Positions 1 through 12,200 of a DNA stretch of 64,000 bases are shown here, piece after piece; position 1 is the first letter of the stretch; every line of letters begins with the position of its first letter. Origin of the DNA: Rotaria socialis. Lineage: Eukaryota. The DNA lies in contig CAJNYD010000407.1 of assembly GCA_905331295.1 (NCBI GenBank), positions 310,001 to 374,000 of the forward strand, written 5' to 3'. Under the pieces are notes generated by a model. The model searched no databases, was not told the origin of the DNA, and worked only from the letters and a program-made list of their open reading frames with translations. The position numbers were made by a program, and so were the translations under genes.

Positions 1-560
1 TAAATTATGTTATCTCATATAATGTTAAGTGCGCTTTTCAAAAGTATTAGATTATTTTAAAACAATAGAAATATGCAATTAAGAAAAAGTGTCCGAATAC
101 AATCGCTTCTTTGAATTGGCATTTTCTTTTTTCCGTTGAACCATTTCCTGCCAATAATGTTGACTTTTATCGTTAGATTCATCGACTGTGAGTAATGGAC
201 GAGTGAATATTAAATGTGAAACAATTCCATATTCCATATAATATGTTATGTGTATGACTTCTGTCGAAGAAAGTATTGATATGAAATTAGTGTAAAAAGA
301 GTTCAAGACTAAATAAAAACCATGTTTACAATATAGGACACGAAACGCAAAATAATTGCTTTCGTTATTGTAATTGTACACAATAAAAAACAAACATATT
401 CATTTCATCAAAAGCTACTTGTTATGTCTCATTTCATTGGTCTCTCTCATCAAAGCTGATATTGAAATATGTGTTGAGATGACAAATGAATTATCTTAGT
501 TTACAAAAAATGTCATGTTATTGAAGAATAAAAAATATTACTACTCAATAGAATCCTAAA

Positions 561-716
561 ATGTCAAAACAGCTCATTCTGGTTCTTGCAATTTACTGTC
601 TACATTGCTTAGCAACTTATAATACATATATGAAAGCAGAGAGCATTGCAAATAGTAAAACTGTGTGTTGCAATGATGCGTATTTCTGGAGAATGATAGC
701 ACATGACTGCATTTAA
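561..716 (+). CDS. Possible small secreted Cys-containing peptide (51 aa)
   Basis: Hand translation: MSKQLILVLAIYCLHCLATYNTYMKAESIANSKTVCCNDAYFWRMIAHDCI*. It has an AAAATG start context and a signal-peptide-like N-terminus. It falls below the ORF-track length cutoff, and I recognise no family. Confidence 0.3.
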   Translation: MSKQLILVLAIYCLHCLATYNTYMKAESIANSKTVCCNDAYFWRMIAHDCI

Positions 717-2059
717 TTCGAAATCATATCTAATATATAAAAGCAAACAAACACTCAATTATTATTGTTTATAACAAAAAATTGATCCAAAACGACAAAA
801 AATATAATATTTAGCAGTCGTCAAAGTGATTTAATAACAACTTTGATGTGAAAATAATTGCCAGTTCATGTTCTTATATTTAGATTTTCGGCGTTTAATC
901 GCTGTCAATTTAGATTTTAGTACCTTTTAAATTGATGAAAAACTAACGACTGCAATTATTCATTGTAACTAAAACATACCCGTAACATCAGACACATCAT
1001 CAAACTAATGTTAAAAAGATCGGTTAAAAATGACAAGTAAACAACAGATGTATACAATAAAAGAGCATAGTAGAAAAAATAAAATGAGATGATAGAAACT
1101 ATTCTATTTAAAGATTTATATGAACGTCATTTGCTGGAGCAGACTTTGGTAGTTGACAACAACTTAGAAAACAATAACTAATTATTGTTCATTTTTTGGT
1201 GATAATCATTTATTTGCGTGTAAATTAGGCTAGGAATACTATCGAATTTGTCTATTTTTATCATCCAGTGGGCATTCATTGTTGTATCGGTCCATTTTAT
1301 TCATTGCAACAGATATTTTAATCGATAATATCACAATAGAGTGAAGTTAGTATCGGTATCATTATCTGATAAATTATACCATTGTATAATTCTTACATCA
1401 GAGTTTTGAAAACCAAGGTGTTTCCTTCTAAATTTTGACATCCTTAAATGCCAATAATGGACAAAACCTAGATGAAATATCACACATGAATGAAACGAAC
1501 TTGTTTAATTAAAAACGTAGCATCTAGCACATTGTATTATACGAAATAGAAATGAAAAGAAAATGATTAATGTCTAAAAACATATGATTTTATTATTCAA
1601 ACCTTGACAGTGAGGATGTTAGGAAGTAGTGTTCAGTCGATAAATATACGAGTCTAGGAAAGCAGCCATGTAGTTAAGATGCAGTAATGACTTTTCTATT
1701 CGTATCATAAATAAACAAATAAAATTCTAACACACTGCATCATGAAATAGTAAGAAAACAATATGTAAAATTAAGCAATTAAAATAAAATATTCAATTGA
1801 TTTTGAAACATCTTTTTAATTATACCAAGAAATTCTTCGAGAAGAAAACGATCTTAGAAATATACAACAGACTGTTTGTAATCATCAAATTGTAATTTGT
1901 TCTTTTGACACTATGACTCGTGACTAAGCGTAACTATTATAGAAGAAATATAAATACATTGAAAAAAAGATTGATTTCGATATGAAGGCCACTGTAAACT
2001 GGTTTACTTTTAAGTAAACTATATTTCAACTTATTTGCGTCAGATCCGAGATATGTTCA

Positions 2060-2750
2060 GATTTCCGAAAAAGTAAATTTCGGAAAATGACAAACATTCC
2101 TCTCACACTAAGTTGGCCTATGAAATTGTCAGAAGAAATTTTCTTGCAATTTCCGTAATTACCCTTTAATGCGTACGTCAATTATCAGAAATTACCACGG
2201 TTTCCGTAAACTTCCAAGAAATTTCCCATTAATTTCCGAAAAAACTGATAAAATAAAGGTAAATTATCATCGAATAAGAAGAAACAATTCTAGTAATTAC
2301 CTAGAAATTACCTTAAATACAGAAATTTCTATAGTTTCTATATTCATATCATATAGGTCTGAGGATAAATATGTGTATAGATTTAAAGACCCACCTCCAA
2401 GAATCAGAAGAAATTATAGAAATTTCCGTAATTTCCAGGAAATAAGAGGAGAAATTTCTTTTAGTATGTTACTTTAGTTTTGGAGGCTTTTGGAATTTTC
2501 CTTATGATGGAATTGTAATCTCAGTAATTTCTCAGGAAATTTCAAGCTAAAGGTAATTGACTTCGATAATTTTCGGATAGTGTTGTTATACAGCATGAGT
2601 AATTTCTGAAATTACTTTGTACTGTTTCGGCTTGGTGTGAATAGTATTGTGGTAATTAAGAAAATTTCTGAAATTTTCTGAAACTTGAATTTTTCATCCA
2701 TGTAGTTTCCGACATAAGCGTATTTAGTTAGAAAATTTCCTTTTTCGAAA
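2060..2750. repeat. Degenerate GAAATT/AATTTC-rich repeat, probable non-autonomous transposon relic
   Basis: Dense recurrence of aatttcc/gaaatt/aattac motifs on both strands. Weak inverted match between tcacactaag (2103-2112) and cttggtgtga (2631-2640). Confidence 0.4.
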
Positions 2751-3231
2751 TCTCCCCACTGCTGCTATTTTCATGAAGTCATTTTGATTGAGAGAAAATT
2801 AAGCAATATTGACTAATAAAGTTTTCACATAGCAAAAGCTTATTGGACCGTAGCTAAAATAATTTTAAGGTTGAGTCTATGTAAACACTAACGTGTTGAG
2901 AGAAAAAAGAAACGGTTGTTTTGAGAGGTATATGTTTGCATTGATTATTATTTATCAAGATTCAACTCATATTTTTATTTTGACAACGAAGCAAATAATG
3001 TACGTATCATTATTCATCGTTTCACTTCCTACTCTGAGTAAGAAATTATGCATCCTTAAAGTCATGTGTAGTGATGTTTTAAGGCGATAGCGCAATTCAT
3101 GCGTGAAAAATTTGTTTTTTTACTGTCAATGTTGCCTTTTTAAGATGAGGCACATATAATATTGCTGTTACTTTTCATTTATTACTTGAAACGTGATATC
3201 AATTGTATTTTTGCAAAAAAAAAATACAGAA

Positions 3232-3651
3232 ATGAGAAATATGGACAGTAAGTTATTACTCAATATAAACTCGGTGTGCATTGTTGAACAATTTAAATGA
3301 GCTCTGTTTACTGTTTTGAACAGGTTACATTGTTAACAATCTTGAACGTCGCCTTGGCATGGATCTCAATGGTGATGGATATATAGGTGGGCAAGGTAAA
3401 TACATATATAAAGAAAAAGAAGATATTTCTTTACTAATCTGATCTTTTCAATGTTAGGATATTTAAGTATGCTTGAAAGAACAACGGGAGTAGATATTAA
3501 TGGCGATGGCATACTTGGTCGTAGACCGGATGTTGTTCCTGGATATCCCGCAGTATACGGTTATCCTTCAATGGTATATACTCCACAAGGCCGGATTTAT
3601 GCAACAAATAACTATGTTGCTCCATTCTCGAGTAGCCGCTATTACTACTAA
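3232..3651 (+). CDS. 93-aa protein with two LERxxGxDxNGDGxxG repeats (EF-hand/dockerin-like Ca-binding loops) and a Tyr/Pro/Gly-rich tail
   Basis: Exons 3232-3247, 3324-3395 and 3458-3651 have GT-AG introns and join in frame (282 nt): MRNMDSYIVNNLERRLGMDLNGDGYIGGQGYLSMLERTTGVDINGDGILGRRPDVVPGYPAVYGYP...RYYY*. Confidence 0.8.
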
Positions 3652-4328
3652 TGAAACTCTCGTTTGTGCTTCAAATAAACTTTGAATTAAACATTAACTC
3701 AAATTTGTCTTATTTTACTAAAATAAAGTGAAAATAATAATTTAACTAAATTTCAAAAGCGATCAAGATCTTATATTATGAACAGACAAAACAGAAATTC
3801 TAAGATTTTATGCATAATCTACTAAAACGAGATTTCTATACTACATTTACATGTATACTCATCAAGATCAAAACGTTTTGTGAAATTACGAAGCTTTTTA
3901 TCAATCTTTACTTTAAAGTATTTCTTAGATTTTGTCTAAAAAGATAATTATTTAAAATAGTTTGCCGAAAGAACAAGAGTCCAAACAAGTTCTTGACAAA
4001 GAAAAACATTGCTCTCGCGTGATACAATTACTATCACGTAAGGAAAAGTCATATTCTTCATATAACCTTTGTGTCATTTTCACGTGCTGTCTGTATCGTC
4101 CTAATTGTTTAACTTACGCTATTCATGTGTTATGCTACAGACGAAAATAATAAAAATTGTAAGCTATAGCTTTCGTTGACTAAAGATCAGATCATCAGAT
4201 TTCTCCTCGTTATCTGTATAGTACTACGCAATTACTCAAATTTGCTTGATGTTCTGTTATTGTTACTCATGAATTATAGATTGACTTTTTCCGTCATATG
4301 TCATAGACTTCGCTACAGTTGATGCTGT

Positions 4329-4355
4329 CTTCTTCTTCTTCTTCTTCTTCTTCTT
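4329..4355. repeat. (CTT)n microsatellite
   Basis: Nine tandem ctt units. Confidence 0.9.
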
Positions 4356-5216
4356 GATAATCTATTAAGTTCGGCATCATATGATTTTTCATTCTATTAT
4401 CACTATGTATATAATTGTTACATGGTTGCCAAAAATTACTAATAAGTAGAATTAGAAAGCGACGATTTAATTATTTTCTCACGAAGTCTTTTAATTATGA
4501 AATTGAATAGCTGCGGTTTAACTGAGAAATCGATTAAAACTGTCTATACACATATATGTAATTTATTTTCTGATTATCAGCATTCATAGGCGCGTGCGTG
4601 CATGATGAAAAACAAGAAGATATAATTGGTGCATAACTTCGATTAATTTATCTTTAAGGAAAGATGATCTTAACAAAACTAATTAGAATAATAACGACGA
4701 TGGACATTTATGTGACTAAGGACTAAATGAAGAATTTTCTTTTCTTTTCATCGTAACTCTTACTGTTCTAAGAATACATTCATTATTTTTTTTCTTCCTT
4801 CTCTATTAAACCGATTGAGAAATTAGTTAGAATATTTACAGTAAACAATTGCGAAAAGAAATTTTCTCGTCAATCATCGTCAAATAAAAAATTCTTCACT
4901 CGTGTGAAATAATGAAATGAGAAAAAAAATTATACTATGACTTTCCTATACATTTGACGAATCGAACTGGACAAAGATGTTATTTGTTCTTTTTAGTAGA
5001 TCTTACTCAAAATGAAATGCGACATTGTGAAAAGCTCACAATGAAATGTAACTACCACACGATATGAATTCATTAAACATTCTCTACAATAATAATAAAA
5101 AATATGCTTCAATTTGATACGCAACATGTGTTTAATATTAATAGTAATCAATGTCTCATGGGGTTCTCTTTATTAGTAGAATCTTTTTTTTTATCAGGTG
5201 TCGACAGAAAAGATAT

Positions 5217-6077
5217 TTTTTGTGTACTCAAAAAAAAAGAGTACACTGTAGAATCGGTCAGTGTGTCCGGCCGTCCGTTTATTCGATAAGTCTTCACAAT
5301 TACATTCGATTGAGCTGAAATTTTGTGCACAGAATTGTCTTATCAATATCTAGGTCGAGTTCGAAGATGAGAAGGATCCGTCAAGNGCCGTCCGTTTATT
5401 CGATAACTCTTCACAATTACATTCGATTGAGCTGAAATTTTGTGCACAGAATTGTCTTATCAATATCTAGGTCGAGTTCGAAGATGAGAAGGATCCGTCA
5501 AGAAATGACTGAGTGCTCGAAAAAATTGTCATTTTTGATCAAACCTTCCCTGAGGGGGAGTACAGGGATTTTTCAAAAAACCATTTTCTCAGAATCATTC
5601 ACAACATATATAAATCGACTAAGTTTTTAACGCTGATTCCGAATTTGATATTGGTTTTGAACTAAATCGTAGCTTTCTAACGAAACATTGACTGAGAAAG
5701 GTCTCAAAATACACAAAAACTGCATCTAGAAACCAAATTACCTAGATATGTCTCAGATGACCAGCCGTTTGGGGGTTTCTCAAATGTCTGGTTTTGTAGT
5801 TAGTCAAAAGGACTATCGAAAGGTAAAAAACCGAACTCGATTGCTATTACTATTGATGATTTATTATGAAAATACTGATACCTGTATCTATCATATATCT
5901 CTTATAAATTCATGAGGTTGCTTACGATCGTAATCCTGTTAGATACAAACACAAAACCATTCAAAAATAACTGTTCTTATCCAATTTTCGGAGCTGAGCA
6001 CGAATCTGAGCTCAATTTCTGTGATCTCTAAAGATATTATATCACGCTAAGAGTAGAGTCAGTGATCACTGGATAGA
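5217..6077 (+). mobile_element. Non-autonomous Helentron-associated (HINE/DINE-1-like) element
   Basis: Starts in a T-run. 5' hairpin gtgtactc-A9-gagtacac (5222-5246), then a gtcc-type motif (gtccggccgtccgt). At the 3' end, aagagtag is followed by the perfect palindrome cagtgatcactg (6060-6071). No target-site duplication. Confidence 0.6.
5270..5502. repeat. 116-bp tandem duplication split by a single N (probable scaffold-join artefact)
   Basis: 5270-5385 and 5387-5502 are identical except gataag/gataac, and there is an N at 5386. Confidence 0.85.
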
Positions 6078-7918
6078 ATTGCATACAGTGTGGCCCATGC
6101 TAACTTAGCACGTCTGTATTTTCTCCTTGCAATTTAGTGAGAAGGGATGTATCTTGATGAGATCTATGCCTTATAGGAAAAATGGACGTACATTTTCGCT
6201 TTTTGAAGTACACATAATAATCGGACGCAAATCCGATATTTCCGCATTTTTCTATTTTACTTTTATAAGTTCTAGCTATCATATAAGAAAGTGTAAAGAT
6301 AGTGTAACATGTTCATGCAATGGTGAACAGCAACGAAAGGTCTCACAGTTCTTTTGTAATATGATTGAAATAATTAATGTTTTTCTTAAAGCTCTGTAGA
6401 TCTAATTATGCAAGCTTGTGGGCTGGAAATTCATTTTTCTTGTGAACTGTTGAAATCAATATGAACTCATAAAAGTATAGTGTATTGCCATATTCTGCCG
6501 TACATAACATGAGCTTCTTTTTATTCGATCACTTGGTTTTGTTTTAGGAAACCTTTGATGGATTCTGTCAATTATTACTTTACAAGAAGGTGGCAATTTC
6601 GAGAAAAGGCAAGAGATATTTTTCTGAATACTCATGTCAAACTCTTAGAAAAAGTTTCGTTGCATGCAATTGCTTTTTTTGCTTGTATAGGCGAGTATAT
6701 TTTTTTGCTGAAGTAAGCTTTGTCACTATTATATAAAAGTGCTTTGATTATTAGATCGCTATGTTCGTACGGGTTTTACAACACATTGAACTTGTCATCT
6801 GCTTTCTCTTGGTAAAAAGAACACTTTAAAATCAAGGCTCTGTCAAACCTCTGCATTTCGACATGCTCTTTCAAATAAACAAATAGATAAGTATATAGAG
6901 TAAAAATCCACAGAATGCTACTGGTCTATTTTTGGCATTTGTTATATATATATATATATCCTGAAAATAACAGTATAGCCCATCGTAAACCGTCACAATA
7001 GACATGTTGACATTTCTATGTGATCTCAATGTGTAGCTGACTGCAGACGAAATACTAGGTAGTAAACAAACTTCAATGAAACAATTCATAGTTTATAATA
7101 CAATCATTGTTTGATAGTATTCTATGACAATAAATCATGCTACTTAAATGAACATCTGTTGATCATCGAATGCTAGCCCTGAACAATACGTTGTGTTGGA
7201 GGAAAGAAAAATTAATAAATAAAATATTCTATCTCTTGTGACATGTCAAATAATCTCACTTGATAACAACAAGTTTTTCAATCCTTCTGTGACTATAATC
7301 GTAAATATTAGTAAAATATGAAATAAAAGCAAATAAAAACTTTCATTTTTAGCCATGAATATATGTTTATTTGTGATATCAATGATGAGTAGTAAAAGCA
7401 AAACAAAAAGAATAAACGTTTATGTGCATGTTAGTAGTATTTTCATGCATTCTCAAAAGAAATGAAGAAGAAAAAGAAAAAGAAAAAGAAATCATTATAT
7501 ACATATAATATAGAACATACATATGAATGAAACTTTGTCCAAACCAATCTACTATATCTATTGAGATAGATTCCTAATACAATATCATTAAGTTTCCACA
7601 ATACAAAGGCACCTTCACGCGCATCACACATATGAACTCGCTGATGAAAACAATAAATAGGTAACAAAAAACAAATAGCTGTTGTAGTAATCAAGAAAAA
7701 ACGGAGAATTAAGAGGAATGTTCAAGTGAACTTGAATATGCTTGGAGAGTTCTGATTCAATATACAGTTATGTACAGAAATGTTGTAATTATTTGCAAAT
7801 AAAAAAAAGCAAACTGTAGTTGGCAAATGTAAAAGGAAAAAAATGTCTTTTTTTTTGTTGAATAAATATGTCAATTCAATAAATGTTGCATGTACAAAAT
7901 AAAACGCTAGTGTATTGC

Positions 7919-8704
7919 TCAATCTAATGCATAAAAGTAAGGCGTCTTCATACGAAGATAACGACGTAAACATAAATACATTCTTAAAGAAAGATAAATT
8001 TTTGTTATTTAGCTTTAAAAAAATGATTTAAAATTATACTTACATTCCCATGCCGAGGATGAAACTGGCACAGTTACTTAAAATGACATAGCGCATACGT
8101 TTTTTTTCAACTAATGCCTTTTCAGCTTCTTGAGCTGCTTTTTCTTCTTCGTCTTCGAAAAGTAGTTGATCACGTACACTTCGATTTATTGGATGAGCAA
8201 ATTTCCATTCCCTTTGAATGGCAAAAGATACATTAAAAGAAACGAAATGATGCTTGTATTTGTTTTTACTTGGGCGGATCAACTTCATTGCGCGATGACC
8301 AATATAGCATCCAATCAGCAATATTGCGATCTGTTTGCACAGGACTTTTAGGACTTTTTGGTGATGAACTGAAATTCGATGTGTTACTGCATTCTTTCAG
8401 AAAAATAATTATATCGTTAAAATTCTCTTACGTATCACTATGTGAACTTTTTGAGCTAACACGTGATGATTCTTTTTGTGCTTCTAATAACAAATGCTCG
8501 TTAATTGACATACTTGATAAAAGATCTCGATCAGCAAATGAGCTCATCATCGTTGATGGTGACAGGATTTGTTTTTCTTCCGATTGAATATCAATCCATG
8601 CATCTACAAAAGCAATGGCAAAAGTAAATATTTAGTCAATAAACTAAAAAGCGTGTTTCAAAACTTATTTTACCTGATGAATAATTTTGAAATGATCTGT
8701 TCAT
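7919..8704 (-). CDS. BNIP3: BNIP3/NIX-family mitophagy receptor (177 aa)
   Basis: Five exons (8704-8674, 8603-8432, 8368-8270, 8211-8044, 7982-7919) splice in frame. Motifs: LIR-like DAWIDI, LLLEAQKESSRVSSKSSHSD, DWMLYWSSRNEVDPPKEWKFAHP, and a C-terminal TM segment VILSNCASFILGMGIMYLCL followed by RR. These match the conserved BNIP3/BNIP3L blocks. Confidence 0.9.
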
Positions 8705-9160
8705 GATTGAAATATATTTTTATTTCAGTTTTATTAAATGTAGAAAATCTAAAAGCACAACAGTTTTTTTCTTTCGATTAATTGCGTCTGTCACTTTCTC
8801 AAATAAAACATAACAAATCTCTGATGCCTCCAATAGAAACGTCAGATACATAGATGTTCTTTCTGACTCATCAGAAACAAACAAAACCATGTGATTGGAA
8901 CGTATACATATTGTGCTGATGCACGTGATTATCTGACCTATCGATATAAATCACTTAGCAAGAGAAACTGTGCTGCTCAATAATAACTCATGACGCGTAG
9001 TAACCATGAACTTTTATCTAAGTGTATGTAATTGAAGAGTAAGACACATGATCAAAGTAAACATGCGTGGACAGAATGTAACGTAACGATGTTTTCTCAA
9101 ATGAAGATATGCAACTGCATAAATGCGTTAACCAATAATTTGCATGCATGGATAGAGAAC

Positions 9161-9173
9161 GTTGCTTAACAAC
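9161..9173 (+). promoter_or_regulatory. RFX X-box-like motif upstream of CFAP47
   Basis: GTTGCTTAACAAC lies about 95 nt upstream of the ATG of a ciliary gene. A forkhead-type GTAAACA is at 9057-9063. Confidence 0.55.
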
Positions 9174-9268
9174 AAATTTTCAATATGGTTGATGTTCCTA
9201 TCAACGAAATTTAACCAAAAAAAAAACACTGTATCTCTTTTGATTCAATAAACAAAAACTTTGAAAAA

Positions 9269-12200
9269 ATGCGTTATAAAGAACATGGTATTGTTATTGA
9301 ACCGAATGAAATTCAATTTTCACATGTGTTACAAAATAATGCTTATCGACAGATAATACATGTTAAAAATGTGGGAAATAAAAGTAAACGTATACAAATA
9401 TTTCGACCTGCTATCAAGGTTAGCTTCGTTATTTCAGGAATCTATTATAATCATTTTTTTCCTGTGCGCAATATTTTTTCTAGGATTTTCAATTAGTTGT
9501 TAATAATCCCGACCAGCCAGTTCCGCCTGGTCTTGAAGTGACAGGTGTTGTTGAATATATCGCAAGATCCAATCAAGAACAGCGTGATACTATCGTTGTT
9601 GACATTGATGGACTAGAAATACAAATTCCTTTATTAGCTTTTCCTGCACGACCAGAAATATTTGTGGATGGTATGGATATTTTTGCTTTTTAAATTTTTT
9701 AATCCATAAATATTATTGAACATTCACTAAGCTAAATTTCTACTGCTTGTTGTTAAAAATGATACATTAAGATCAGAACGTACATAAAATCCATCTTATT
9801 TATTTAGAATTGGTTAACTTTGGCGTTCATGTCGCTGACAATAAAACAGTTTATAAAAAAATTCTTGTTAGAAATACTGGTAGTACGCCTGCACCATATA
9901 GAATTGAGTATAAAGGTGAACATCCAATAGGAATTACACCACTTTCAGCAATGGTTCCACCTAATTCGTCTATTCCGGTCGAGGTAATATATAAATGAAA
10001 TAAATAAACATATTGATTTATTCTTTACTTTTGTTTAAAGGTATCTTTATTAACATCATCGGTAACAGATATCAATGATATTGCTATGTATGTTGAATGG
10101 TTCTTTTTTGTAGAAAGAGGAAATGTAATTTTGCTTATTTATTTTCTCAAAATTTTATTAGATTAGATGCGTGTCATCGAACGCATACGATAAAATTAAT
10201 TGGAAAAATAATGAATCGTCGTTTATGTTTACTTCACCCGAAAAGTGATGAAGAATTACAAAAACTTAATTTTGGTTCATGCTACTATGGTTGTGATCTT
10301 ACAGCATTAGCTATTCTATATAATGATTCACCTGAGTCCGTTGCTTATTCAGCATTAATCGATGATTCAAAACCATCAGTAAGTTTTTCCAAAGAAAAAT
10401 AAAAGCAAACCTAACTGATATTTCTTGTAGGATTCAGATAAGAAAGGAGCATCTGATGTTGAATATACGTTAAATCCATTAAATTCTATTATTACTGTAT
10501 TTCCAAATCAAGGCATACTCAATCCATTTGAAAAACGTGCATTATTCTTTCGTTTTAGCCCAAGGTATAGAATTTTTTTTGTTACTTTCTATTGTGTAAT
10601 CGTTTGATTACGAAATGTTTACAAGACGGCAAAACGAAGATACGCATGTGTCCATAGAAAAGAAACAGGAATCGATTAATTCTGCCAACGAAACGTACCA
10701 CATCGTGCTAGATTTTAACTAAAACAATAAAGTTGACTATTTGTAGAGTTTGATGAAACCTAGCAAAATTCTTTACATCTCTAAATAAAGAATCTTTTTG
10801 ATTTTATATCAAATAATAGATCGAAAAAATATTGACCAATCAGTCTTTTGTACGCGAAGAATTTCAACTGTAATCACACATTTCTATAACAAGAATTACT
10901 GTAATTTAGAATATAATAAACTTTTGGTAAAAAGATTTTTGATTCAGAAAATCATTGATTTTTGATTAAATTTAAAATCAGCAGTAAATTTTTCTTTTCT
11001 TTATGAACTATATTTAGAATACTAAGATGTTATTGAATGTAGAAGAGAACGAGAGAGAAGACTGTATAAGTTACAATATGTATAAAAACAAAAAGAGCTC
11101 GTTCCTTTTATCTCGATACTCCATAATCACAGGAGTTATCTTTTCATTTTATTGAATTTCTTTTTTCTGTTCACTAGAGCTTATCCACCAAAACAAGCAT
11201 TTTCTGCTACACTTGATTTACCACCAAAACGTGATATTGCTGCTTTTATGTATTTCGAATTATTAGGTGCAAGTCCTGGCCTATCTAATATTGAGCATAG
11301 TAAAACAAAACTTGAAATAGCTGTAGCTGGAACAGCATTACCAGTTATATTATCACTCGAACCGCAGGCATTACATTATCCAACAACATACATTGGACAA
11401 AAAGAAGAGAAATATATTCATATTTACAATCAATCTGATCATAAATCAATTGATTTTCGTTTTCCATCAATTGCAAATTTTGCTATACAACCAGCAAGTG
11501 GAAAATTAAAACCAAGAGAAAAATTACAAGTTCTTGTTACATTCATTCCACATCAAATTGGTTTGTTCCAACAGATTTTTTCGTTCTGTTGTTTTTTAAT
11601 TCTAACTCTTTCTTTTCTAGGTAATATTAATAAAACACTTGTATGTGAAGTACTCGGTGCAGTAGTGAATCCTAATACACCGGTTTATACACAATCAAAA
11701 CCTATTCATCAAGCTCAATGTCTACTAGCAGGTTATTCATCGGCTATAACTGAAATACCAGTAGAAAAATTTAATATGGGTAAATTATAAGTTCATTAGA
11801 TATTTTTAGAACAAAAAATAAAAACGTATCTATATGTTTATTTTTTCTATAGGTCTTAAGCCAATGATTTCTAATGAAGTCGGTGCTAATGTAATTACAA
11901 CACATGATTCATTAAAACGTTTTCATCCTCGTGCGGCTGTTTTAAATAGTGCTAATGACACTTCACATAATCAGCGAGCATCAAATTCATATTTTAATAA
12001 TTTTAAAAAGCATAAAGTATCGTTTCCAAACGATCGTGCAAGAAGCATTGCTCCATTTAATCGGGATGATAGCTTTATGTATGTTTTCAAACTCTGAAAA
12101 CAGATATTGAACAGAATTGATTGTATAATTTTCTTAATCTAGAACACCATTCACTAAAGAGCAACGATATAATTATGTTGATCCAGATTATGCATATACA

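Noticed and set aside
79..393. 104-aa minus-strand ORF
   Set aside because: Non-ATG start, no recognisable motif, and I could not link it to upstream exons.
2169..2477. 102-aa ORF
   Set aside because: It lies in a degenerate repeat and the translation is low-complexity and repeat-driven.
5270..5502. Apparent recent tandem duplication
   Set aside because: The copies meet exactly at an N, so this is most likely an unmerged contig overlap.
6084..6870. Possible Tc1/mariner relic starting TACAGTGTGGCCC
   Set aside because: I found no matching second TIR and no recognisable transposase motif.
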